Source of the DNA: Macrostomum lignano | Lineage: Eukaryota | DNA length: 64,000 bases | Direction of reading: 5' to 3' | Assembly (NCBI GenBank): GCA_002269645.1 | Contig: NIVC01003659.1 | Location: forward strand, 1 to 64,000 | In this document: positions 41,863-54,564 of the stretch, piece by piece | Position numbering within the stretch: the first letter of the stretch is position 1 | How the letters are laid out: each line of letters starts with the position of its first letter | Notes under the pieces: model-generated | The model's input: the letters and a program-made list of their open reading frames with translations, nothing else | The model's database searches: none | Told to the model about the DNA's origin: nothing | Position numbers and translations under genes: made by a program

Positions 41863-42613
41863 NNNNNNNNNNNNNNNNNNNNNNNNNNNNNNNNNNNNNN
41901 NNNNNNNNNNNNNNNNNNNNNNNNNNNNNNNNNNNNNNNNNNNNNNNNNNNNNNNNNNNNNNNNNNNNNNNNNNNNNNNNNNNNNNNNNNNNNNNNNNNN
42001 NNNNNNNNNNNNNNNNNNNNNNNNNNNNNNNNNNNNNNNNNNNNNNNNNNNNNNNNNNNNNNNNNNNNNNNNNNNNNNNNNNNNNNNNNNNNNNNNNNNN
42101 NNNNNNNNNNNNNNNNNNNNNNNNNNNNNNNNNNNNNNNNNNNNNNNNNNNNNNNNNNNNNNNNNNNNNNNNNNNNNNNNNNNNNNNNNNNNNNNNNNNN
42201 NNNNNNNNNNNNNNNNNNNNNNNNNNNNNNNNNNNNNNNNNNNNNNNNNNNNNNNNNNNNNNNNNNNNNNNNNNNNNNNNNNNNNNNNNNNNNNNNNNNN
42301 NNNNNNNNNNNNNNNNNNNNNNNNNNNNNNNNNNNNNNNNNNNNNNNNNNNNNNNNNNNNNNNNNNNNNNNNNNNNNNNNNNNNNNNNNNNNNNNNNNNN
42401 NNNNNNNNNNNNNNNNNNNNNNNNNNNNNNNNNNNNNNNNNNNNNNNNNNNNNNNNNNNNNNNNNNNNNNNNNNNNNNNNNNNNNNNNNNNNNNNNNNNN
42501 NNNNNNNNNNNNNNNNNNNNNNNNNNNNNNNNNNNNNNNNNNNNNNNNNNNNNNNNNNNNNNNNNNNNNNNNNNNNNNNNNNNNNNNNNNNNNNNNNNNN
42601 NNNNNNNNNNNNN
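41863..42613. other. Assembly gap (N run, 751 nt)
   Basis: Run of n; ORFs spanning it are artefacts. Confidence 0.99.
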
Positions 42614-44556
42614 TCGATAACGTTGTCGGCCCAGACGACTAGAATCGCCGAGACATCCCATCCGGCTCCCTTCCTTGGGTCCCAGGGGATAAAGGGATAA
42701 AATGGGGATCTCATGTCAACTTAAGGCTCTGGAATGGAGCCCGAAGTTCAGCTCCGGCCCAAACCGACTGCAATCGATAACTTGTCGGCCCAGACGACTA
42801 GAATCGCCGAGACATCCCATCCGGCTCCCTTCCTTGGGGTCCCAGGGGATAAAGGGATAAAATGGGGATCTCATGTCAACTTAAGGTCTGGAATGGAGCC
42901 CGAAGTTCAGCTCCGGACCAAACCGACTGCAATCGATAACTTGTCGGCCCAGACGACTAGAATCGCCGAGACATCCCATCCGGCTCCCTTCCTTGGGGTC
43001 CCAGGGGATAAAGGGATAAAATGGGGATCTCATGTCAACTTAAGGCTCTGGAATGGAGCCCGAAGTTCAGCTCCGGACCAAACCGACTGCAATCGATAAC
43101 TTGTCGGCCCAGACGACTAGAATCGCCGAGACATCCCATCCGGCTCCCTTCCTTGGGGTCCCAGGGGATAAAGGGGATAAAATGGGGATCTCATGTCAAC
43201 TTAAGGCTCTGGAATGGAGCCCGAAGTTCAGCTCCGGCCCAAACCGACTGCAATCGATAACTTGTCGGCCCAGACGACTAGAATCGCCGAGACATCCCAT
43301 CCGGCTCCCTTCCTTGGGGTCCCAGGGGATAAAGGGGATAAAATGGGGATCTCATGTCAACTTAAGGCTCTGGAATGGAGCCCGAAGTTCAGCTCCGGCC
43401 CAAACCGACTGCAATCGATAACTTGTCGGCCCAGACACTAGAATCGCCGAGACATCCCATCCGGCTCCCTTCCTTGGGGTCCCAGGGATAAAGGGGATAA
43501 AATGGGGATCTCATGTCAACTTAAGGCTCTGGAATGGAGCCCGAAGTTCAGCTCCGGACCAAACCGACTGCAATCGATAACTTGTCGGCCCAGACGACTA
43601 GAATCGCCGAGACATCCCATCCGGCTCCCTTCCTTGGGGTCCCAGGGGATAAAGGGGATAAAATGGGGATCTCATGTCAACTTAAGGCTCTGGAATGGAG
43701 CCCGAAGTTCAGCTCCGGCCCAAACCGACTGCAATCGATAACTTGTCGGCCCAGACGACTAGAATCGCCGAGACATCCCATCCGGCTCCCTTCCTTGGGG
43801 TCCCAGGGATAAAGGGGATAAAATGGGGATCTCATGTCAACTTAAGGCTCTGGAATGGAGCCCGAAGTTCAGCTCCGGCCCAAACCGACTGCAATCGATA
43901 ACTTGTCGGCCCAGACGACTAGAATCGCCGAGACATCCCATCCGGCTCCCTTCCTTGGGGTCCCAGGGGATAAAGGGGATAAAATGGGGATCTCATGTCA
44001 ACTTAAGGCTCTGGAATGGAGCCCGAAGTTCAGCTCCGGCCCAAACCGACTGCAATCGATAACTTGTCGGCCCAGACGACTAGAATCGCCGAGACATCCC
44101 ATCCGGCTCCCTTCCTTGGGTCCCAGGGGATAAAGGGATAAAATGGGGATCTCATGTCAACTTAAGGCTCTGGAATGGAGCCCGAAGTTCAGCTCCGGCC
44201 CAAACCGACTGCAATCGATAACTTGTCGGCCCAGACGACTAGAATCGCCGAGACATCCCATCCGGCTCCCTTCCTTGGGGTCCCAGGGGATAAAGGGATA
44301 AAATGGGGATCTCATGTCAACTTAAGGCTCTGGAATGGAGCCCGAAGTTCAGCTCCGGACCAAACGACTGCAATCGATAACTTGTCGGCCCAGACGACTA
44401 GAATCGCCGAGACATCCCATCCGGCTCCCTTCCTTGGGGTCCCAGGGATAAAGGGATAAAATGGGGATCTCATGTCAACTTAAGGCTCTGGAATGGAGCC
44501 CGAAGTTCAGCTCCGGACCAAACCGACTGCAATCGATAACTTGTCGGCCCAGACGA
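42614..44556 (+). repeat. 161-bp satellite array, ~12 copies (left arm of the inverted structure)
   Basis: Unit TCGATAACTTGTCGGCCCAGACGACTAGAATCGCCGAGAC..GGGGATCTCATGTCAACTTAAGGCTCTGGAATGGAGCCCGAAGTTCAGCTCCGG(C/A)CCAAACCGACTGCAA; several single-base indels. Confidence 0.97.
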
Positions 44557-45093
44557 TTATTCCATTCAAAACATCGATAGCTACGAAGGTGACTCCTGGA
44601 GAGACTTTGAGTTACACATCCAAGCCGCCGGGAGTGTTGGAAGTTTCGGCAAGCGACGCCGCTAGAAAACTGGAGCAACCGATTCGGTCGGTGGCATCCG
44701 TCTTGATTTTTCTTGATTTGATTCTGCCATAATTCAAAATCCTACCGCGTGATTCTTAGAGTGTGTGACAGCAGCGGACAATCGCTTTGGTTTTAGAGAT
44801 CCAGGATTGCAACTTCTTCCTGGCTTCTACTCGTCAGCAAAAGCAGGAAGTAGGACTGCAGGCTGCGATTGTCATGTACGAGCGTAATGGCATTGCTCAA
44901 ACTCCTGGGCTGCTACGCTTACCACCAAGATACATATGTAGCTATCGAAGGTCTGGTGCCGGCCTTCGCTTTGTTGATTTCGCTCTTCCACGCAGCCTTG
45001 TTGCCAGACTTTATGCTAGAGAAAACGCTTTACCACAGCAGCGAAAGCCTACTGAGCAACATTTTAGGGGCCAGCGAGAGGAGTTTCAGTCAG

Positions 45094-47637
45094 CCCAAGG
45101 AAGGGAGCCGGATGGGATGTCTCTGCGATTCTAGTCGTCTGGGCCGACAAGTTATCGATTGCAGTCGGTTTGGGCCGGAGCTGAACTTCGGGCTCCATTC
45201 CAGAGCCTTAAGTTGACATGAGATCCCCATTTTATCCCCTTTATCCCCTGGGACCCCAAGGAAGGGAGCCGGATGGGATGTCTCGGCGATTCTAGTCGTC
45301 TGGGCCGACAAGTTATCGATTGCAGTCGGTTTGGGCCGGAGCTGAACTTCGGGCTCCATTCCAGAGCCTTAAGTTGACATGAGATCCCCATTTTATCCCC
45401 TTTATCCCCTGGGACCCCAAGGAAGGGAGCCGGATGGGATGTCTCGGCGATTCTAGTCGTCTGGGCCGACAAGTTATCGATTGCAGTCGGTTTGGGCCGG
45501 AGCTGAACTTCGGGCTCCATTCCAGAGCCTTAAGTTGACATGAGATCCCCATTTTATCCCCTTTATCCCCTGGGACCCCAAGGAAGGGAGCCGGATGGGA
45601 TGTCTCGGCGATTCTAGTCGTCTGGGCCGACAAGTTATCGATTGCAGTCGGTTTGGTCCGGAGCTGAACTTCGGGCTCCATTCCAGAGCCTTAAGTTGAC
45701 ATGAGATCCCCATTTTATCCCCTTTATCCCCTGGGACCCCAAGGAAGGGAGCCGGATGGGATGTCTCGGCGATTCTAGTCGTCTGGGCCGACAAGTTATC
45801 GATTGCAGTCGGTTTGGTCCGGAGCTGAACTTCGGGCTCCATTCCAGAGCCTTAAGTTGACATGAGATCCCCATTTTATCCCCTTTATCCCCTGGGACCC
45901 CAAGGAAGGGAGCCGGATGGGATGTCTCGGCGATTCTAGTCGTCTGGGCCGACAAGTTATCGATTGCAGTCGGTTTGGTCCGGAGCTGAACTTCGGGCTC
46001 CATTCCAGAGCCTTAAGTTGACATGAGATCCCCATTTTATCCCCTTTATCCCCTGGGACCCCAAGGAAGGGAGCCGGATGGGATGTCTCGGCGATTCTAG
46101 TCGTCTGGGCCGACAAGTTATCGATTGCAGTCGGTTTGGGCCGGAGCTGAACTTCGGGCTCCATTCCAGAGCCTTAAGTTGACATGAGATCCCCATTTTA
46201 TCCCCTTTATCCCCTGGGACCCCAAGGAAGGGAGCCGGATGGGATGTCTCGGCGATTCTAGTCGTCTGGGCCGACAAGTTATCGATTGCAGTCGGTTTGG
46301 GCCGGAGCTGAACTTCGGGCTCCATTCCAGAGCCTTAAGTTGACATGAGATCCCCATTTTATCCCCTTTATCCCCTGGGACCCCAAGGAAGGGAGCCGGA
46401 TGGGATGTCTCGGCGATTCTAGTCGTCTGGGCCGACAAGTTATCGATTGCAGTCGGTTTGGTCCGGAGCTGAACTTCGGGCTCCATTCCAGAGCCTTAAG
46501 TTGACATGAGATCCCCATTTTATCCCCTTTATCCCCTGGGACCCCAAGGAAGGGAGCCGGATGGGATGTCTCGGCGATTCTAGTCGTCTGGGCCGACAAG
46601 TTATCGATTGCAGTCGGTTTGGTCCGGAGCTGAACTTCGGGCTCCATTCCAGAGCCTTAAGTTGACATGAGATCCCCATTTTATCCCCTTTATCCCCTGG
46701 GACCCCAAGGAAGGGAGCCGGATGGGATGTCTCGGCGATTCTAGTCGTCTGGGCCGACAAGTTATCGATTGCAGTCGGTTTGGTCCGGAGCTGAACTTCG
46801 GGCTCCATTCCAGAGCCTTAAGTTGACATGAGATCCCCATTTTATCCCATTTATCCCCTGGGACCCCAAGGAAGGGAGCCGGATGGGATGTCTCGGCGAT
46901 TCTAGTCGTCTGGGCCGACAAGTTATCGATTGCAGTCGGTTTGGGCCGGAGCTGAACTTCGGGCTCCATTCCAGAGCCTTAAGTTGACATGAGATCCCCA
47001 TTTTATCCCCTTTATCCCCTGGGACCCCAAGGAAGGGAGCCGGATGGGATGTCTCGGCGATTCTAGTCGTCTGGGCCGACAAGTTATCGATTGCAGTCGG
47101 TTTGGTCCGGAGCTGAACTTCGGGCTCCATTCCAGAGCCTTAAGTTGACATGAGATCCCCATTTTATCCCCTTTATCCCCTGGGACCCCAAGGAAGGGAG
47201 CCGGATGGGATGTCTCGGCGATTCTAGTCGTCTGGGCCGACAAGTTATCGATTGCAGTCGGTTTGGTCCGGAGCTGAACTTCGGGCTCCATTCCAGAGCC
47301 TTAAGTTGACATGAGATCCCCATTTTATCCCCTTTATCCCCTGGGACCCCAAGGAAGGGAGCCGGATGGGATGTCTCGGCGATTCTAGTCGTCTGGGCCG
47401 ACAAGTTATCGATTGCAGTCGGTTTGGTCCGGAGCTGAACTTCGGGCTCCATTCCAGAGCCTTAAGTTGACATGAGATCCCCATTTTATCCCCTTTATCC
47501 CCTGGGACCCCAAGGAAGGGAGCCGGATGGGATGTCTCGGCGATTCTAGTCGTCTGGGCCGACAAGTTATCGATTGCAGTCGGTTTGGTCCGGAGCTGAA
47601 CTTCGGGCTCCATTCTGGTGCTTAAGTTGACATCCCC
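45094..47637 (-). repeat. 161-bp satellite array, ~16 copies, inverted relative to the left arm
   Basis: Reverse complement of the same unit; ends in a variant CTTAAGTTGACATCCCC followed by TTA. Confidence 0.97.
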
Positions 47638-47949
47638 TTACATTAACTGTGATTAACAGAAACTCAAATGGGCAGATGAGTTGCAACTGAGGCTTTGTGA
47701 CCTCATTAAATAAATGCATGATGCAGACTGTTGCAGCAGGCTTGAATAATATTCGACTGGCTTTCTGAACTTGAATTTTGTAGTGATCCGCTAGTTTGGT
47801 GTTAGGCGTCGCACTTGGTCAGTAGTTTCCCTCGCCCTCGCCCTCGCCCTGGGGTCGCTGTTTGCCGCTGGTCAGCTTACTGGTGGCCTGTTTCCCCTTG
47901 ACTGGTGACTTGCTCACATGACAGACCTTGTTTTCTTGAAGTCCTAAAA

Positions 47950-48179
47950 GTGCAGTAAACATGTTTACTGCACTCGCTGGTCTGTGTTTACGGCAGAATC
48001 ACTTGCCTAAGGCCCATTCCTTCTCTAAGGAAAGGAGTGACTCATGTTTCTAAAAATAGATACTGAGTCACAACCTAGTGCACTCTGCCAGGAGACCCCA
48101 AGTGACGTCAGGTCTAAAAATAGAACAAAGTCACCAGGTCTTGTGCGTTGGGGCAGTGGAGAATCCCGCGCTATAAATA
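47950..48179 (+). promoter_or_regulatory. Pol II promoter/enhancer: FOX palindrome, 2x AP-1, 2x MEF2, CRE, TATA
   Basis: 24-bp palindrome GTGCAGTAAACATGTTTACTGCAC (47950-47973); TGACTCA 48038; CTAAAAATAG 48050; TGAGTCA 48064; TGACGTCA 48103; CTAAAAATAG 48114; TATAAATA 48172. All are exact consensus matches. Confidence 0.72.
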
Positions 48180-48196
48180 CAGACCCCCTCACCCTT

Positions 48197-48457
48197 TGTC
48201 GGATTTCCATCCTCCAATTATTTGTACTTTCTGTTTTGCAATTCAGCCTTGTACTTTTCAGTTAGCCGACTCCCTTCGTCTGCCATGCTCTTCCCCACAG
48301 ACAATCTCAATCGTTAATTCACCATAGATTATACAACTAACCTGTTCATTCTGTTAGTATAAATACAAGTTAAACTCGCGGATTAAGCCCTTCACCTTTT
48401 TTCTTTCTGCACCACTAATAACATATTATTAGTTATTAGTTTATTGTCTATTCGACA
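48197..48457 (+). repeat. 5' LTR (261 bp)
   Basis: Matches 54541-54564 plus 55217-55455 with about 8 substitutions by eye (~3%). Confidence 0.95.
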
Positions 48458-48476
48458 ATTTTGGTGGCAGAGCGTC

Positions 48477-51400
48477 ATGGTCATCACACGATCGATAACT
48501 GACCAATCTGGCGACCAGACCCATCAGTCCCAGAATGACCACAGCACAGCCTCTGCAGAAGCGACCACTGCCACGGAGCAGCCACCCGTCGAAGCCAGCG
48601 ACCCCCCACCAGCCGCTTCATCCGCCACATCTGCTCCTCCCGCTGCTCCTTCTACGGCTCCGATATCTGCAACAGCTCCCACTGCCTCCGTCGACGTCAA
48701 CGCCCTCCTGACCGCAATGACTGCGATGATGCAGCAGAACCAGCAGCTCATTCAGCAGCTCGCCGCCACCGTCCGTCCAGCCTCGACACCAGTTGCCTCA
48801 ACGCCCGCATCAGATGCGCACGATCCGGCCGGGCTCATCCGCTCCACTGTCCTCAAAAAGGTCCGTCTCCCGACATTCGACGGCACCGACCCTGCTGCAT
48901 TTCCCGGGTTCTGGGACGCCTTCATCTACCGCGTCGACCAATCCAGCCTCAACGACGTCGACAAGTTCGAGGCACTCCGCGGTCTTCTATCCGGCCCCGC
49001 CCTCAGGAAGCTGGGCGCCCTTGATGCCTACCAACCCAACGCCTACGCCGAGGCCTGCCGCGTTCTCCAGGCTAACTACGCTGACGCGCAGGAGCAGAAA
49101 GACACCTGCTTCCAACGCCTCCTCGGACTATACTGCAGCTCTGCCTCCGACGTAGACGAGCTCGAGACCTTTACCGACGCCCTCCGACTCGCTACCGGCC
49201 AGCTCCTCCGCCTTGGCGAGCCCGCCTTCACCCTCGACGGCTACGTCTACGCTCTCTGGAGCCGCCTCCCGATCGAGCTGCAGAACGAGATCGGCAACCT
49301 TCGTGCTGCCAACGGGCAGCCTCTCGTGCCAACCATGACACAGCTCCAGAGCCACCTTGACTGTAAACTTAGGACTCTCCGGGCTGCCGCCACGACTACA
49401 CCGACAGCGCCCTTTGCTACCGCAGACTTCCTGGGCAACACTGACTCTCAGCCGCCAATAGCGCGCTACCCCAGTGATCGCCGCCAGTCCACCACTCCTC
49501 GCACGGGCGCCACCCTTCACCACGTCACTCTGCACGCTTCGCTCCTACCACCAACCAGCAACAGCACAAGCCCAGCCACTCATGCCTCTATTGCAACAGC
49601 TCCGAACATACCACCATGTCCTGCTGCAACATCCGCAAGCCCGATGACCGGCTTAAAATCGTTCGAAATAAGAACCTTAGCCACAACTGCCTTCGCCGAC
49701 ACCAAACCAAGGACTGCCGCGACAACCGACGCTGTCGTATGTGCGACGCCGCACACCACACCTCGCTGTACGGGGCCTCCTTCGACGCCCGCTCCAGCCA
49801 TCGCTCACCACCTAAGACAGCCCAAAACGCTCACGTTAATTCAAGTGGTGACGCCGACTCCAAAGAGACAGCCAACTCCCTAGTCTCTGCCGCAGCCGAC
49901 GGAGGTCTCGTGCCGACCATCATGGCTACCTTCCGGGCGAAGGCCGTCAACCCAAAAGATGGCCGCTCCGTCGACTGCACAATTCTTCTCGACTCAGGCT
50001 GCTCGTACTCGCATCTCGACGGCACCGTTGCCCACAAGCTTGGCCTCAAATCCACCAAGAGACTCTCGATAGCCACCTCCACCTTCCACTCAGAGTCCAG
50101 GCGTCAGATAACGGCGGACCTCGTCAGTTTCGACTTCCAGGCCCCAGACGGTCGCCGCTGGCCAATCACAGCCCTCGCCTCCGACCAGCTAGCAGCCCCG
50201 ATCCAAATACCGGCCGTAAAGCCCCTGAAGATGTCCTTAACACCCTGGGCAGTGTCAACAACGGCGTCTGCAACCTCCCGCCCGACCACGATACAGACGG
50301 TACCCTCGACCTCATCCTCGGTGGTGACGTGAACCAGTTACTCACCGGTCTTGCAATTTCTGTCCTCGCTCTTCGACCAACTCTAACGGCCTACCTGACG
50401 CCCTTCGGAGCTATCCTCAACGGTGCCATCAACGACACGGGTGCCCGCAACATCAACAGCTTCCTCGGGTCCTCTCAGGTTCTCGTCGCTAACACCTACC
50501 TCAACATCAACAACGACAACCTTCACCTCGACCGACTCCTGGACCACATGTCCAACCTTGAAGCTCTCGGCATAGCAAAGGATGCTGGAAGGCCGGACCC
50601 CAAGGATGACAGGCTCACTAAGCACCTGCTCGACACCATCACGCGTGATTCTGATGGTCGAAGCTCAGTCGACTTGCCATTTAAAATCAGCGCTGAACTG
50701 CTCTCATCAAACTTCGGGCAAGCCTTAGGACGAGCGCAGGCCACGCACCGGCGACTAAGCCTCCCGGAGCGAGAAGCCTACTACGCCGAGTTCGAAAAAC
50801 GGAAAGCCGAAGGAGTCTTAGAGCGAGTTGACCCCAAGCGAGACAACAACGGGCAGATCCTTCACGTTCTACCGCACTTCCCTGTCATCAAGGAAAGCTC
50901 GAATACCACAAAAATTCGCCCCGTTGTCGACGCATCAGCAAAGACCTCTCTTGCCGGCGCTACGCTCAATGATTTTCTAGAGCCTGGACCAAACCTGTTG
51001 ACCTCTCTACTCCAAATCCTTTTAGTCCATCGCGCCCACCGCTTCGCCATCTCGTCCGACTTCCAAGCTGCGTTCTATCAGATCGGGGTCAATGAACGCA
51101 TCAATCTACGTATCATTGTCCCAAGAGACATCTCTCAACCGCTCATCGACGGCAACTTTGAAAAATGGCGCCTCACCCGCATCGTCATGGGTGCTTCTCC
51201 CAGCCCGTGGATCCTTCTCGCAGTCCTGCACAAGATTTGTCTCGACGCTCTTAACTCTGGAGAAACATGTCTGACTCGTACCGAGCTCGAACGCGTCATA
51301 GGTGGTCTCTACTTCGACAATCTAGAATCGTCGGAACCGACACTGAGGAGGACGCCGCCCGACTAGTCCGTGGACTTTGCGAGCTCTTCCGGCGTGCCTG

Positions 51401-54100
51401 CTTTCATCTTTGCGAGTTTGCCACAAACCTGCCCAGCTGCCTCTCCACGATTCCCAATGAGGATTGCATCCGCAGCCACAAATTCGGCCTTCTGGGTCTC
51501 ACCTGGGCCACCAACGCAGACCGCATCACCCTCAAGAAGCCCAACCTGCCACGCCCAGAGGAACTGACCCGCCGAAAGATATGCCAAGGTGTCCACACCC
51601 CCTACGACCCAGCCGGTTACGCCGCTCCACTCATACTCAGCGGTCGTCTTCTATACCGCCACGCTTTCCAAGCCACCGATCACTGGGACGAGATCGCCAG
51701 CTCTGAAATCAGAGACGCCTGGGCAAAGCTCGCACCAGATTCTCCGCCTCGACGAAGTCACCGTGCCGCGCTTCGCCATTAAGGACGCCAGCTACTCAGT
51801 TCGTCTCGTTATTTTATCTGACGGTGCTCCTGGGGCCTATGGTTTTGCCATCTACGCCTGGCAGTGCGTCGGTTCCAGCGTCTCCTGCCGCCTCATCTTC
51901 GCTAAAGCTCGACTCACCCCAGCCACCAAGCAAGGCCTCCTCGTCACGGTTCCGCGACTCGAACTCTGGGCAGCCCTCAGTCATCCTCGACGCAATGCGC
52001 AGCCACTTGCAGTTCGAAGGGGGGGGGGCGTAGCCCAGCGGTAGCGCAGCTGCTCTGGTGTGCCAGCGACCCAGGCTCGATTCCAAGTGCAGTCACATTA
52101 ATTTGGGGCTGAATTGGAATCTCGGCTTGGCTCTGCTCGTGCAATTAACGGCCTTGAGAGCCAACCCCCCAAGGCGCAGTGAAGTGTACATGCCTAACGA
52201 TAATATACAGTTAGGGCCGCTGTACACTCCTGTGTGAGTGTGTGCCTGTGTACGTATCCGCGCGCTTGTGTGCCTGCTCAGGGGAGTCGGTGGAATGGGC
52301 AGTAATGCCTCTCGCCGGTTGGGTGCCTATGTCGCTTAAAGTGCGCCAGGGTGCACACAACCCCCTGCCTCTAATAAAAAAATGCAGTTCGAAGGCGTCA
52401 CCCACTTCATCGACAGCCAGATCGTCCTCTACTGGCTTGCCAACGGTACCCAACTCCGAAACTACGAGGCACGTCGCATTCAGCAGATTCTCGATTCTGA
52501 CGTCACTCGTGATTACCGGTACGTCCCAACAGCCGATAACCCAGCCGACCACTGTACCAAACCGCTGAGCCTTGATCGACTATTAGCGTCCAACTTCTAC
52601 GAGGGCCCCGCCTTCCTTAAGCGGCCGTTTCTCGATTGGCCTTCCTGGACCGCTGCGGCGCCTGACCCTTGCCTTCTGGTCGGTGTCCCTGCTAGGAAGA
52701 AGCCTACAGCACTCGGCGCTACTCTAGTCGCTGCTGGATCTACTGCCTGTGCCACGCCTGGCCACCTGAGCCTCGAGCGCTCCAACCACCTTGAACACAT
52801 TCTCGGCGTCACCTGCTATCTCCTCCAACTGAAGGCCGACATCCAACGCCGCCCATTCTCGAAAGACTTCCCGCCTTCTCACGCCGAGCGCCAGGCGGCC
52901 CTTCTCCTGTGGATCCGAGCAGCCCAAACTGTGTGCTACGGGGCCGTCATCCGAGCCCTCGAGTCTGGCCGGTCCAAGTCTGAGAAGATCGTCGCCTAGC
53001 TGGATCTTCATCTTTGCGACGGCTTCATCCGCCTCGGCAGCCGCTTCGCCAACGCTTCCATGGATGAGGACAGCAAGTACCCGCTCCTGCTGCCGCCCGG
53101 CCATCGCCTGACCCGGCTGCTCATCCTGCTCATCCATCGCCAGAACAGCCACGCTGGTGTCTCCACCGTTCTCGCCATGCTCCGCGACAAATTGGGTGCC
53201 TAAAGGCCTCCTAACCGTCCGTGATGCGCTCTCCGACTGTATCCAGTGCCGCCTCGCCAAAGGCTCAACTCGCGCGCCGCCCGCACATGGCCAACTGCCC
53301 AAGGAGCGCCTAGACACCGAAGCTGGTCCATTTGCTTCCGTACTCGTCGACCAGCTCGGGCCCGTCTTCACCTACGACCATAAGCTCGGAGTCTCCACCA
53401 AGCGCTGGGCCCTGCTCATCACCTGCTGCACTACGAGAGCCCTCCACATCGAGATCCTCTACGACTACTCCGCTGACGCCGTCCTCCACGCATTCGAGCG
53501 CTTCTGGTGCCGCCGCGGTCTCACCAAATGCACTGTCTACCTAGACCAGGCCACCGCCTTCCAAGCCGCAGGAAAGTTCATCGAAAGCCACATCGCCACC
53601 GACTTCCAAAAAAAGCTCCACAACAACCTTCGGCCACTCGCCGCCTCGCGACCCCTGGTGTTTAAGTTCGCGCCAGCCCGAGCCCACTGACACCAAGGGG
53701 CGGTCGAGCGCCTCGTCGCCCTCACGAAGTCCAGCCTTCGTCCCGCCCTCTGGCGCAAGCGCATCTCCGATGAGGAACTGCACACTCTCCTCGTCAAGAT
53801 CGAGGCCATCCTCAACTGCCGGCCGCTGACCAATGTCTCCAACGACCCGGCCGATCCGTCACCGCTGACTCCGGCTCACCTCCTCGGGGTTGGCCCTCAC
53901 CTGTTACTTCCGGTCCACGACGACACCTTCCTGCCTGCCGGTACTTCCACTGCTGACCGCCTCCGAGCTCTTCATCGCCGCCGCGATGCCATCCTCAACG
54001 AGTTCTGGGGCCGGTAGAGACAGGAGTACATCAGGCATCAGCCATCTCCGGTCTGTCCATCTACAAGAACGACGTCGCCACAGACAGCACACCAGCGACG
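48477..54100 (+). pseudogene. BEL/Pao gag-pol, broken by frameshifts, stops and a SINE insertion
   Basis: Domains are spread over ORFs 48444-49883, 49616-50332, 50329-51366, 51267-51782, 51589-52044, 52382-52999 and 53157-53690. In-frame TAG/TGA occur at positions where Trp/Gln is expected (e.g. AH*HQGAVERLV, FWGR*RQEY). Confidence 0.9.
52021..52382 (+). mobile_element. tRNA-derived SINE (362 bp) nested in BEL pol, with 13-bp TSD and A-tail
   Basis: TSD TGCAGTTCGAAGG at 52008-52020 and 52383-52395; A box TAGCCCAGCGG; B box GGCTCGATTCC; ends AATAAAAAAA. Confidence 0.92.
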
Positions 54101-54564
54101 GCAGCAGCTTTCAACCCGGCCAAGCCTGTCTGCTGGCTGAACTTACGCCTCGAGCGACATGGAAAGTGCCGGATTCTACAGCTGCATCCGGACCCAACCG
54201 GTGTCGTCCGCTATGTGACCATCCGCACCGTATCTGGCCACGATGTCCGGCGATCCATCGGACACCTCGTACCCCTCGAGTGCGACATCAACGGCCCACC
54301 TGCCGACCCACCTGCCGGCCCGCCTACCGGTCCGCCTGCCTGCTAGTCCACCTGTTGGCCCGCCGACTGGCCAATCACCCCGCGACAAGCGCGCTATACG
54401 CCGGCAAAAAATCCGTGACGGAATTTTTGACGCCTGAACTGAACTAAATAACCTAATACTCACAGTCACAAGTTAATCATTCTACTGTTTTACCGTTCAA
54501 AATCCCCGCTATCTATCGTTACCTGTTGGCCCCCCGAGCCTGTCGGATTTCCATCCTCCAATTA

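Noticed and set aside
41691-42714. Long ORFs of 270-309 aa
   Set aside because: They run through the N gap.
42734-47613. Many 79-122-aa ORFs (MEPEVQLR..)
   Set aside because: Products of the 161-bp satellite; the unit length is not a multiple of 3 and there is no domain similarity.
53680-54020. G-to-A hypermutation of the BEL element
   Set aside because: Only two apparent TGG-to-stop changes; too few without a family consensus.
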